Assembly: GCA_038897215.1 (NCBI GenBank)
Contig: JAWAWX010000001.1
Coordinates: 576,001 to 640,000, forward strand
Direction: 5' to 3'
DNA length: 64,000 nucleotides
Origin: Acidilobaceae archaeon
GTDB taxonomy: Archaea; Thermoproteota; Thermoprotei_A; Sulfolobales; Acidilobaceae
The notes beneath the pieces are model-generated. The model saw only the letters and a program-made list of their open reading frames with translations. It ran no database searches and had not been told where the DNA came from. This document shows, in pieces, positions 50,345 to 59,067 of the stretch. The translations under genes were made by a program, and so were the position numbers. The stretch's first letter is position 1. Each line of letters begins with the position of its first letter.

Positions 50345-50674
50345 CTAGCTACGAGGATTAGAGCCTATCTGGGTTTTGACTGGAAGAGTGAGACTGCTAG
50401 AAGAGTGCTGAGAGACTTCCAGCTACTCATGGCTTCAGCTTACGGGATCTCCGTAGATGTCGATGTGCTAGAGCTCCCAGTAGGAGAGACTGATAGCGAG
50501 GCTGAGAGCCTACCAGTAGTCTACGTGGGGGATAAGCTTCTCGCTCGAGGAGAGGTTCCAGCGATCTCGAAGCTAGTCGAGGGAGTCTTCGAGGTGCTCG
50601 AGGAGTCCCTACCTCTCCCTAAGCTCTCGGGCTTCCCCCTCCTAGCTCTCGAGAGTGAGGTAGAGGAGGGCTAG
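50345..50674 (+). CDS. Hypothetical, Cys-less thioredoxin-like fold; start uncertain
   Basis: Frame open from about 50333; LPVVYVGDKLLARGEVP resembles a Trx-fold C-terminal half. Confidence 0.55.
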   Translation, partial: LATRIRAYLGFDWKSETARRVLRDFQLLMASAYGISVDVDVLELPVGETDSEAESLPVVYVGDKLLARGEVPAISKLVEGVFEVLEESLPLPKLSGFPLLALESEVEEG

Positions 50675-50721
50675 AGCTTATCCTCCCCCCGGGCTACAGG
50701 ATTCTACCTCTAGGGAGTGGA

Positions 50722-51216
50722 GTGGGTCTAAGCGAGAGCCAGGCTTCCAGAGTATACGCTGTTCTAGCCTACCAGTTCGGAGTAGAGGTGGCGGAGTGCT
50801 TCGCGAAGCTTGAGAGAGAGCTTGCTGTAACGCTATCGCCTAGAGGGAGGATAAGAGACGTGCTACTAGGAGGGAGGAGGATTCTGACTCTCAGACCCTC
50901 GACGGGCATGTTTGCTCTAACGCTGCTAGCGGGAGACGTGATAAGAGAGTGTGTAAAGCCCCCCAGGCATAGAGTCATAGTTGACTCCTCTAAGCTGGAT
51001 CTCATCAAAGGCTCTGTCTTGAGACCCGTGGTTATCGACCTAGACCCATCAGCTAGAGCGGGAGCAGAGGTGCTCGTTGTGAGCGAAGACGATAGACTCC
51101 TAGGAGTCGGGAAGCTAATGCTACCTCCAGCAGTAGTCAAGAGCGTCGACCGAGGCGAGGTCGTCAAGCTTAGAGAAGCCAGCTCGCTCCTCGAGAAAGC
51201 TTCGAGTAGCAAGTAG
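50722..51216 (+). CDS. Stand-alone TGT C2/PUA domain protein (split archaeosine TGT)
   Basis: YQFG, S..GRIR.V, TLRP..G, DP..RAG.EVLVV.E.D.LLGVG; near tgtA that lacks PUA. Confidence 0.82.
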   Translation: MGLSESQASRVYAVLAYQFGVEVAECFAKLERELAVTLSPRGRIRDVLLGGRRILTLRPSTGMFALTLLAGDVIRECVKPPRHRVIVDSSKLDLIKGSVLRPVVIDLDPSARAGAEVLVVSEDDRLLGVGKLMLPPAVVKSVDRGEVVKLREASSLLEKASSSK

Positions 51217-51314
51217 AAGCCGCTGGGAAAGCTTCGGGGACTCGCTGACGACGAAGGTGTGAGAGTAGCTAGTCTGGAAACCGACAAAAACCTGGGAGTA
51301 GTGTAGGAAGCGAG

Positions 51315-52061
51315 GTGGAGTGGCTCTTGGAGCTCGTGTTGAAGAGGTTTGGTGAGAGCGAGCTCAAGGGCTCGGTTTTGATAACAGGGTTCAGAGGCTT
51401 CGGAATGGTCGGCTATCTCGCCTCTAAGCATCTAGCTCTAGCTCTTAGAGCTGAGAAAGCGGGGGTGATCCTGCTGAGAGATACGCCAGCATTCATAGCC
51501 GTTGAGGAGGACGGAGTAGGATACCCCTTCGAGGTATACTACTCGCCAAAGCATAGAGCCACGATACTACTCAATAGAGCCGTGCCTCAGGGGAGAGCTC
51601 TTGCTGAGTACGGTCGCGGCGTAGTAGAGTGGGTTGAGAGAGTAGGCTTCAACTACGTGATCCTAATCGGGGGGCTCAATAGAGAATTCAAGCCTGGTAG
51701 CGACACCTACGGGTATAGATGGCTTAAGAACTCAGAGTATAGAGGACCGCACCTCCAGGCTCCAGAGTTAGAGGAGGGCCTCGGAGTCGTGGGCCCACTA
51801 GCGTATCTCTACATGCTTCTAGATGTTAAGCGCATCCCTACAGTAATGGTTCTCTCCTACACGTTCCCCGAGGCTATCGACTACGATGCTGTCCTCGTAG
51901 CTGTTAGAGTAGTAGCTAGAGACTTGCTCGGAGCAGACCTAGCATTCGAGGAGCTCGAAGCTCTAGCTAAGAAGCAGAGAGACGAGATAGAGAAGATAAT
52001 AAGGATGCTCGAAGTCGAGACAGCTAGAGCCTCCGAGGAGGCTAGAGGGATGTACATGTAG
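51315..52061 (+). CDS. PAC2 family proteasome assembly chaperone (PbaB-like)
   Basis: ITGFRGFGMVG, IGGL, VVGPLA, C-terminal MYM (HbYX). Confidence 0.88.
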   Translation: MEWLLELVLKRFGESELKGSVLITGFRGFGMVGYLASKHLALALRAEKAGVILLRDTPAFIAVEEDGVGYPFEVYYSPKHRATILLNRAVPQGRALAEYGRGVVEWVERVGFNYVILIGGLNREFKPGSDTYGYRWLKNSEYRGPHLQAPELEEGLGVVGPLAYLYMLLDVKRIPTVMVLSYTFPEAIDYDAVLVAVRVVARDLLGADLAFEELEALAKKQRDEIEKIIRMLEVETARASEEARGMYM

Positions 52062-52066
52062 GTAGG

Positions 52067-53599
52067 CTAGCACCTCTCAACAGTCTCTGCTCCGAGCTCT
52101 CGAGCCTCGAGGCCAGCGACTCTCTGCCAGTACACGTCGCTACAGTACTCGACTAGAAGTCTAGCTCCTGCTCTCCTAGCTTTAGCGGCTAGAGCTCTCA
52201 CGAAGTAAGCGAGTAGCTCGACTACTCTCTCATCCAGAGTCTCGCTTACCACGCTTTGAGTAGTCGGGTATACTCCGCAAAGCTTCTCCGGGATGAGGCC
52301 TAGGAGTGGCTTATAGTACACTACGACCTCTCCGCTTCTCCAAGCTACCCCCACGTCTAGCAAGCACTCAGTCTCATCTACTAGAGGCTTGAGGACTACT
52401 CTCTCCGCTCTCTCTAAGAGCTTATCTATTATGGCTGATGCTCTTTTATGATATCTCACTAGCTTAGGGTTCCAGGAGCTCTCGAGAGTCGATAGCTTCA
52501 GAGCTCTCGCTCTCCCTCCAGCTTCCGGAGTGTGCTCCTCGAGGTACTTGATGTACCTCCTCATCCTTAGAAGACACTCGTATGCTCTAGGGTGGCTTGC
52601 AGAGAGCTCTAGGAGATACTCCCAGAGCCTGCCCTCTCTTATAGCCTGCTTAGTCTTCTCTATACTCCTCCTTATGACGTAGAGGTTGTGGAGAGCTACT
52701 AGCTTGACTCTCTCCCCCGGCTCGGCTCCAGCTAGGTCTTCAGCGGACCGGGTCGAGCACACGGGGCACTCGCATGGTAGGTGCTGGAGCTCTCTCACCT
52801 CGTAGACCCCGTTTTCCGTCATGTACCTCCCGTCTCTCGCGTAGAGTATGTAGGAGGCTGAGTCGAAGGAGTCTACTCCGAGAGCTACAGCGAAGGGGAT
52901 GATTAGAGGGTGGCCTGCTCCGAAGAGGTGGACTGGTCTGCCGGCTGGGAGGACTCTCTTAGCCGCGTATATCATGTCGAGGATCGTGGTGAACTCGTAC
53001 CTCTCCAGGAAGACAGTAGGGCTGCCTATACCGTACATGAAGTACCCTCGTAGGAGCACTGCTCGCCTAGCAGACTCCTCAACTAAGTCTAGATATCTGC
53101 CCCCTTGGATCGGCATGACCCAAGCCTGGTCCGAGTCGGCTATGAGGCTCTCCGCCTCTCTCCCTCTTCTCAGAGTCTCCTCAACGGTCCTTCTGGCTGT
53201 CTCGTAGTCCACGTCTCCTGTGGGCACGTCTAGTATGACCGCTATATCGCTACCTATGGCTTTCTCGTACTCAACTATCTCTCTTTGCTCTACGTCTATG
53301 TCTCCGTACTCTAGTATCTGGTAGGCTCCAGAGTCCGTCATCACGACTCCATCGAACCCGAGGAATGAGTGTACCCCCTTCTCAGCGACTACGCTACCGT
53401 ATCTCTTCTTCAGCAAGTAGGCGTTAGTTATGATTTGCTTGAAGCCAGCTCTCCTGATCTCCTCTACGCTGACCTCTTGTCTGGCTACGTCTACTACCGG
53501 GAAGAAAGCTGGAGTCTCTAGAGTCCTACCTCTTACCCTAATCCTCCCTATCCGCCCAGCTAGGTCTATGTCTCTGATCTCGAATGTGGGCTGAGCTAA
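52067..53599 (-). CDS. tgtA: Archaeosine tRNA-guanine(15) transglycosylase
   Basis: FEIRDIDLAGRIG..ETPAFFPV (upstream of ORF-track start), TDSGAYQ, HLFGAGHP, DSFDSA, CECPVC. Confidence 0.95.
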   Translation of the reverse strand, partial: LAQPTFEIRDIDLAGRIGRIRVRGRTLETPAFFPVVDVARQEVSVEEIRRAGFKQIITNAYLLKKRYGSVVAEKGVHSFLGFDGVVMTDSGAYQILEYGDIDVEQREIVEYEKAIGSDIAVILDVPTGDVDYETARRTVEETLRRGREAESLIADSDQAWVMPIQGGRYLDLVEESARRAVLLRGYFMYGIGSPTVFLERYEFTTILDMIYAAKRVLPAGRPVHLFGAGHPLIIPFAVALGVDSFDSASYILYARDGRYMTENGVYEVRELQHLPCECPVCSTRSAEDLAGAEPGERVKLVALHNLYVIRRSIEKTKQAIREGRLWEYLLELSASHPRAYECLLRMRRYIKYLEEHTPEAGGRARALKLSTLESSWNPKLVRYHKRASAIIDKLLERAERVVLKPLVDETECLLDVGVAWRSGEVVVYYKPLLGLIPEKLCGVYPTTQSVVSETLDERVVELLAYFVRALAAKARRAGARLLVEYCSDVYWQRVAGLEARELGAETVERC

Positions 53600-54042
53600 A
53601 CCTTCACACCCTTAGACCTCAAGTATTCTAGGTATAGAGTGTGCACTTTCTGAGCCATGGGTCCAGAGCCTTCGACGCCATTAGAACTCACTCTAATCAT
53701 CTTCCCGATTTCTACGACGTTAACGTCCTCGTAGACCTTCACTAGATGCCTCCCTATTCCTCCTTGAGTGATGAGAAACTCAGCGAACTCCTTGGCGTCG
53801 AAGACAGAGCCCTCTTCTAGTATGATCTCGCTTATGCTAGAGCCACTGATGAAGACTAGAGGCCAGGAGCGCCCATCGGAGTCTACGGCTCTCTCTAGTA
53901 GCAGATTGAGGTTGCTTAAATCGAAGCCTCCTAGCTTACCCCTATAGAGCCTCCCGTTAGTCAGCCTAACCGATATCTCCTTATCAAGGAGACCCGACAT
54001 CTTCGAGTAGAGCCTCCTACTCGCCTCCGAGGGTACCGACAT
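53596..54042 (-). CDS. Sm-like (Lsm) protein with C-terminal extension (SmAP3 type)
   Basis: Sm1 V.L..GR.Y.G.L.GFD..LNL.L, Sm2 ISGSSI, extra domain. Confidence 0.9.
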   Translation of the reverse strand: MSVPSEASRRLYSKMSGLLDKEISVRLTNGRLYRGKLGGFDLSNLNLLLERAVDSDGRSWPLVFISGSSISEIILEEGSVFDAKEFAEFLITQGGIGRHLVKVYEDVNVVEIGKMIRVSSNGVEGSGPMAQKVHTLYLEYLRSKGVKV

Positions 54043-54111
54043 CTACCCCACCCCTCCAGCTAGAGCCCAAAAAGCAGGTCTATAAGCTTATCTAGAAGCA
54101 CGAGTAGGTCT

Positions 54112-54252
54112 AGAGGAGTACTCCTCTCATCCTACTAACCTCACGCAGGAAACGCGGAGAGTTAGCGCTAAGTCTCGACTTAGCTGAGAGCAAGGCTACA
54201 TACATGCCTCTATCTAGAGTACTTGCTTCCAGATCCTCTCTTCTGGAGAGCA
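54112..54252. promoter_or_regulatory. Cluster of inverted repeats, possible operators
   Basis: AGAGGAGTACTCCTCT (54112-54127), GCTAAGTC-tc-GACTTAGC (54167-54184), TTGCTTCCAGA..TCTGGAGAGCAA (about 54223-54253). Confidence 0.45.
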
Positions 54253-54306
54253 ATCCTTAATAATAGGGGGGGTTGCTTAATGTACTCGACTATGAGGTGA
54301 GTCGAG

Positions 54307-54789
54307 GTGAGAGTCGTTAGAAAAGAGGTCTTAGCCATTGTCGCCATAGCCTTGCTGGCAGCTCTAGCAGGCTACTACGCTCTCCAGGTCTATGCTCAAG
54401 AGCAGGCCTCCAGCCAGGTCTGCTCTGGCACCGCTAAGGCTTTCGAGAATCGCGAGAAACACATGCTACACAAGAGTTTCGCCAAGAAGCTAGCGCGCCA
54501 CGCTCTAGCAGCTAGATTCATCGAGGTCAGTCCAGAGTACGCGTCGGAAGTCGAGAAGATACTGAGAGAGAACCCTGAGACAGCAACGCTCCTAGAGGAG
54601 GGCTTCACTATAGCTAAGATCAAGCCTCTGGTCAGAGCATACGTGGGAGCGGGCGGAGAGGTGACGCTGAAGGCCACGCAGGCGATAGTGGTGCTGAAGA
54701 AGGGCTCTGAGGCGTGCTATGCGTACCTAGTAGACTTATCGAATGGGACTGTAACCAAGCTACCGCAACTAAACAAGCTAGCGAAGTAG
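54307..54789 (+). CDS. Exported hypothetical protein (PepSY-like C-terminus)
   Basis: Signal peptide ending VYA; YLVDLSNGTV hairpin; GAGGTGA RBS. Confidence 0.75.
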   Translation: MRVVRKEVLAIVAIALLAALAGYYALQVYAQEQASSQVCSGTAKAFENREKHMLHKSFAKKLARHALAARFIEVSPEYASEVEKILRENPETATLLEEGFTIAKIKPLVRAYVGAGGEVTLKATQAIVVLKKGSEACYAYLVDLSNGTVTKLPQLNKLAK

Positions 54790-54882
54790 AGCGAGGAATT
54801 CAGCGATAAGAGCTATCCAACCTCCCTCTGTCCACGATATCTTTTTCCCTCTCTCCATGAGACTTCTCAGCGGGGATGGAGA

Positions 54883-55380
54883 GTGCTAGATTCTAGTAGG
54901 CTCGAGCTGGTTGCAGTCCTAGCTGCTTCTATTCTAGTCGCTACTCTCTTCCCCGTAGCAGTGTACATAACCTATCCCGATGTGAGAGGATACGAGCCAG
55001 GCTTGGAGGAGGTCTTATCAGAAGATTTGGTATTGAGACCTCCACGATTTCTCGTAGGCTCAGCTAACAGTGTTCTCTATAGAGGCAGGAGTGTAGAAGC
55101 TCTTAAAGACTCTAGCTTCCACGAGCACACACAGAGAGCCAGGCATCTAGTAGTCTTCACTGAAAGAGAAGGCAGAGCCATCTTAGTCCTACTCCCTCAC
55201 TACTTAGATAGAGCAAGTGGAGCTCTCGTTTCCGGAGAAGAACTCGCTAAAGCTATACGAGCGAGAGAGGCTCTGCTAGTAGTCGAGTTCTTTGAGACGC
55301 ATAGAGGCAGGGTAGGTGTTGTTGTTGAGGTGAAGCTAGAGGATAGGGAGTACGTGGCTCTTAGAGCTAGCAGGCGGTGA
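54883..55380 (+). CDS. Membrane-anchored hypothetical protein
   Basis: Single N-terminal TM, beta-rich remainder. Confidence 0.7.
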   Translation: MLDSSRLELVAVLAASILVATLFPVAVYITYPDVRGYEPGLEEVLSEDLVLRPPRFLVGSANSVLYRGRSVEALKDSSFHEHTQRARHLVVFTEREGRAILVLLPHYLDRASGALVSGEELAKAIRAREALLVVEFFETHRGRVGVVVEVKLEDREYVALRASRR

Positions 55381-55383
55381 GTC

Positions 55384-55941
55384 TTGAATCTCTATCAGCT
55401 CGCCTTAGCTGCTCTAAGCGCGCTCTCCGCTATCCTCCTCATCTATATCTCTTACATCATCTTAAGAGTCTATCTGAGAGTTGGAGAGAGCCCTCTCGGC
55501 TATCTTTCTCTCTTCTTCGCTATCCTAGCCGTTAGCCAGGTTGCTTCAACGGCTTCTCACTTAGTCGATGACCCTCGAGTTTCTCTCTCGCTATACTCGT
55601 CTTCGTCCTCTATAGCTTCAGCAGCATTCATCATACTACTCTACTCAATAAGCCGGTCTAGAAGAGAAGAGGTTTACGCTATAGCTCTCCCCGCACTTCT
55701 AACATCCTCCCCCGATCTGATCGCCTCTATTCTCTCTCTCGCTTCCTCTCTCTCAGTTAAAGGGAGAGCTCTCAAAGCATACCTCATGGCTCTCTCTATA
55801 GCGTTCTTTCTAAAGGGTCTCAGCGCTCTCCTACTAGCTTCTCTAACAGGCTTGTACTTAGCGCTAGCATCAGAGCTTCTGAGAGCAATCGTGACTCTCC
55901 TCTTCGCCATCTATCATGCTAGAAGGGTAGCAGGGTCATGA
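55384..55941 (+). CDS. Polytopic (about 6 TM) hypothetical membrane protein
   Basis: Almost entirely hydrophobic; ATGA overlap with the wHTH gene. Confidence 0.75.
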   Translation: MNLYQLALAALSALSAILLIYISYIILRVYLRVGESPLGYLSLFFAILAVSQVASTASHLVDDPRVSLSLYSSSSSIASAAFIILLYSISRSRREEVYAIALPALLTSSPDLIASILSLASSLSVKGRALKAYLMALSIAFFLKGLSALLLASLTGLYLALASELLRAIVTLLFAIYHARRVAGS

Positions 55942-56216
55942 GGAAGAGAAGTAGGCTTGACCTCATACTAGAGGTCTTGGAAGCTGTCTACGAGGAGGGA
56001 GACTCTAACCCTACTCGGCTCTCTCTAAGAGTAAATCTGTCCTACGATAGGCTCAAGAAGCTGCTCGACGAGCTCGAGAAAAGAAGGCTAATAGAGATAT
56101 CGCCATCCAATAATAGAAAGGGGTCTATGAGAGTGACGCTGACACGCGAAGGAGAGAAGCTCATGCTCGAACTCAAGAGGCTGAAGAGAGTGGTCGAGGA
56201 CTACGGTCTCATCTAG
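55938..56216 (+). CDS. Winged-helix transcriptional regulator (HTH_45-like)
   Basis: KRSRLDLILEVL..NPTRL...NLSY..L..LL..L...LT.EG. Confidence 0.88.
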   Translation: MRKRSRLDLILEVLEAVYEEGDSNPTRLSLRVNLSYDRLKKLLDELEKRRLIEISPSNNRKGSMRVTLTREGEKLMLELKRLKRVVEDYGLI

Positions 56217-56266
56217 AAGGAGCGAAGGTTGACTTATATAAGCTTCGTGTCTAAGCGGTTCTGCTT

Positions 56267-56620
56267 ATGAGGAGTTCTGGCTTGGGGAGCGTGGTCTTCA
56301 CTGCTAGAGTCTCTAGCGTGAAGCCGGGGTTTATCAGAGGCCAGCTCATAGCTACAGCCGAGTACCCCGGGGGGCTGATGGTTTTCGACGCTATAGAGAG
56401 TCTCTTCAGCGTCAAGGAGGGAGAGTTGCTCGAGGTCCGAGTGAGCGATGAGAAGCCAGGGAATCTAGACGAGCTAGACTTCTGCGGTCACGGCTATCTG
56501 GCTGCAGAGGAGGAGATAGGGGAGACTGTTCTCTCACTCTGGGGTATAGTGTTTAGATTCAAGCCTCCTCTAGGGCTCGAGATGGGGCGCAAGTACTATC
56601 TCTGCTTGAAGAAGCTGTAG
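56267..56620 (+). CDS. rpo8: RNA polymerase subunit Rpo8 (G)
   Basis: OB fold, FD, DFCGHGY, SLWG, YYLC. Confidence 0.85.
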   Translation: MRSSGLGSVVFTARVSSVKPGFIRGQLIATAEYPGGLMVFDAIESLFSVKEGELLEVRVSDEKPGNLDELDFCGHGYLAAEEEIGETVLSLWGIVFRFKPPLGLEMGRKYYLCLKKL

Positions 56621-56684
56621 AGAGCGATATGCACTCACGGAGACCCCCCTCTCTCAGGGCTCTGGGGAGGCTTTCGGAGGGTCG

Positions 56685-58280
56685 TTGTTGGACTTCTCTC
56701 AGCTAGAGAGAGCTCCTCTACTCGTGAGGGTAGCGGCTCTCATAGCTTCTCTAGCGGTATTCCTGCTAGTTCTCGGGGCAGTCCTGGGTCTCCTCGAGAC
56801 CCGCTTGCTAGCTCTCCTCCCATCAGCTGTAGTAGCGCTCGTCTTAGCTATCCTCGCTCTCCACGGTGCTCGAGCCCTCCTAGCCCGCGCTAGCGTAGCC
56901 GTTCTATTCTCCTCTCAGAGCGAGAGTAGCTCTGGAGAGCATTGTAGAGCTCTAGCTCTAGACTTGAGGAGCGGTAGAGCTGAGGATGCTTCGAGAGAAC
57001 TCTCTAAGATAATCGGAGAGAGAGCTAGGAGGACTAGCGCTAGGTACGCTGTAGTAACCGGGCTCTCTGGCTCTCTCTCGAGAACAGTTCTAGCTGTTCT
57101 GGGAAAGCCCGAGGTGGTAGAGCACGAGTACTTGGTGTTGAAGAAGCTGCTCCCCTCAGCTATCCCCGGCTTGAGAGCTCTCGAGGAGAGCTGGATTTGC
57201 TCAAGTAGCTTAAGCGAGATGACTAGAAGACTGAGTCTAGGCTTCGGAGCCCCTCTGGTTCACTCTTTCCCAAGCCCTCCTCCATGTTCTAGCGATGAGA
57301 ACTCAGTGGTCCTAGGAGAGCTCCTAGACTTCCCCGGAGAGGAGTTCAGAGTCTCTCGAGCAGACATATCGAAACACGTGGCTGTCTTCGGGTCAACGGG
57401 GTCGGGTAAGTCTACGACTCTCTCCTCTCTAGCTGTAGCGGCTAGAAAGCTGGGCTTCTCAGTACTCGTTCTAGACTGGACTGGAGAGTACCCCCAGCTC
57501 TTAGCTAGAGCTGGAGCCGTCTTCGAACTCCTCAACCCAGCTAGAGGGCAGGCTTCTCTAAACCCTCTAGAGTCTGTTGAAGACGAGGAGATGCTGCTAA
57601 ACATAATGGGTAAAGCTTTGAGCCTAACAGGACCCCAGTCTTATCTCCTCGTGAAAGCCATGGAGGGAGAGAAGCCTAGAAGCTTGAGAGAACTCGAGAC
57701 CAGGCTGGAGGAGCTACCCGAGGAGTCTAAGTGGGATAGAGAGGTTAAGAGAGCTCTCCTCAGGAAGATCGCTCTACTCACGAGAGGCTCTTATCCCGCG
57801 TTCTCGAAGACCACTCTGCCGGAGCTAGAAGGGCTGAAGGTAGTCGATATGAGTAGCGTGAGAGGCTGGGTTGCTAGGAAGAGTTATGCTCTCTTCATGC
57901 TCGCTACTCTCTTCGCTAGAAGAGAGCGCGAAGGCTCCGGTAGCCCTCTCCTAGTCGTCATAGACGAGGCTCACAACATACTCTACGGGGAGGAGCAACT
58001 CTTCGTAGAGCAGCTATTCGCAGAAGCTAGGAGATACGAGCTCAGCCTAGCTATCGCTACCCAATCCCCATCCTCTATACCGAACGGGGTTCTCTTGAAC
58101 GCCAACACTAAGATCGTTCACGCTCTGAAAAGCGCTAGAGACAAGACTCTCATAGCTGAAACCATGAGTCTCCCGCAAGAGTACCTAGAGGTTCTCGATA
58201 AGCTCGAGCCTGGAGTAGCTCTAGCTCAGACCCCCTCTTGTAGTAGAGCTCTCCTTCTGAGAGTCAAGCTCAGCAACTAG
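56685..58280 (+). CDS. Membrane-anchored HerA/VirB4-like ATPase (CedB/CedD-like)
   Basis: Two N-terminal TMs; HVAVFGSTGSGKS, LDWTGEY, IDEAHN, EARRY, ATQSPS. Confidence 0.85.
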   Translation: MLDFSQLERAPLLVRVAALIASLAVFLLVLGAVLGLLETRLLALLPSAVVALVLAILALHGARALLARASVAVLFSSQSESSSGEHCRALALDLRSGRAEDASRELSKIIGERARRTSARYAVVTGLSGSLSRTVLAVLGKPEVVEHEYLVLKKLLPSAIPGLRALEESWICSSSLSEMTRRLSLGFGAPLVHSFPSPPPCSSDENSVVLGELLDFPGEEFRVSRADISKHVAVFGSTGSGKSTTLSSLAVAARKLGFSVLVLDWTGEYPQLLARAGAVFELLNPARGQASLNPLESVEDEEMLLNIMGKALSLTGPQSYLLVKAMEGEKPRSLRELETRLEELPEESKWDREVKRALLRKIALLTRGSYPAFSKTTLPELEGLKVVDMSSVRGWVARKSYALFMLATLFARREREGSGSPLLVVIDEAHNILYGEEQLFVEQLFAEARRYELSLAIATQSPSSIPNGVLLNANTKIVHALKSARDKTLIAETMSLPQEYLEVLDKLEPGVALAQTPSCSRALLLRVKLSN

Positions 58281-58844
58281 TCTCGAGACAGTCTCGACTA
58301 GACTCGGGTCTCTCTCGAGCCAGTCTATAGAGACTCCCGTGTTCCAGCTCTCGATAGACTTCAAGACCTCCTCGACAACCTCTAGAGCACTCCTACCAGT
58401 GCAGTCTATCTCGACCACGTCGCTCGAACTATCTAAGAGCTCTTCAGCTATAACGTTGAAAGCCTCGGCTAGAGTGTTCTCTAGGATCTTCGCTGAGCTC
58501 CAGCCTCTAGACTCTAGTCTCTTCTTCAAAACCAGGGGGTGTAAGCGGAGCAAGACTACGAGAGCCACGTGTTCTCCGGCATGCTCTAGCCAGAGAGAGG
58601 GGCTCACGTCAGCAACCACAGCGCAAGAGCTTAGAGACTCGGCGAAGCTCGCTACAGCTTCTCCAGCTCTCTCAGCCAAGACTACTCTAGCCTCTCTACC
58701 AGTAGGGTCGGGAGCTAGAGCCCCCTTCTCCTCGTAGACCACGCGTGCTTCAACGAAAACGCAGCCCAAGAGCTCAGCTAGGAGAGAGCCCACGCTAGAC
58801 TTGCCGACACCAGGAGTCCCTACAACCAAGACTAGAAAGGGCAT
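58221..58844 (-). CDS. Adenylate kinase family (AK6/Fap7-like)
   Basis: GTPGVGKS, LRLHP..L..RL..RGW...KI.EN..AE, IDW. Confidence 0.88.
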   Translation of the reverse strand: MPFLVLVVGTPGVGKSSVGSLLAELLGCVFVEARVVYEEKGALAPDPTGREARVVLAERAGEAVASFAESLSSCAVVADVSPSLWLEHAGEHVALVVLLRLHPLVLKKRLESRGWSSAKILENTLAEAFNVIAEELLDSSSDVVEIDCTGRSALEVVEEVLKSIESWNTGVSIDWLERDPSLVETVSRLVAELDSQKESSTTRGGLS

Positions 58845-59067
58845 CTAGCAACTCTCCCCAGTTAGAGCTCTCAGAGAGCTATCTTTAAAGCACTCCCCGA
58901 AAGAGGCTACAAGGCTCTCTCTGAGTAAAGTCAGAGCTCTATCCTCTCCCCTCTTTGGAGAGTAGCTCTCCTTAGGCGCGCCATGCCTATGATCAAACTT
59001 TAAAAGGCGAGCGGGTATAGTATATTTATTACTATCGTTTATGGTTACGCGTGCTGGGTGAGGGGGA

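Noticed and set aside
51244-51296. Possible C/D sRNA between the PUA and PAC2 genes
   Set aside because: Only box C (CTGACGA) is plausible; D', C' and D are too degenerate
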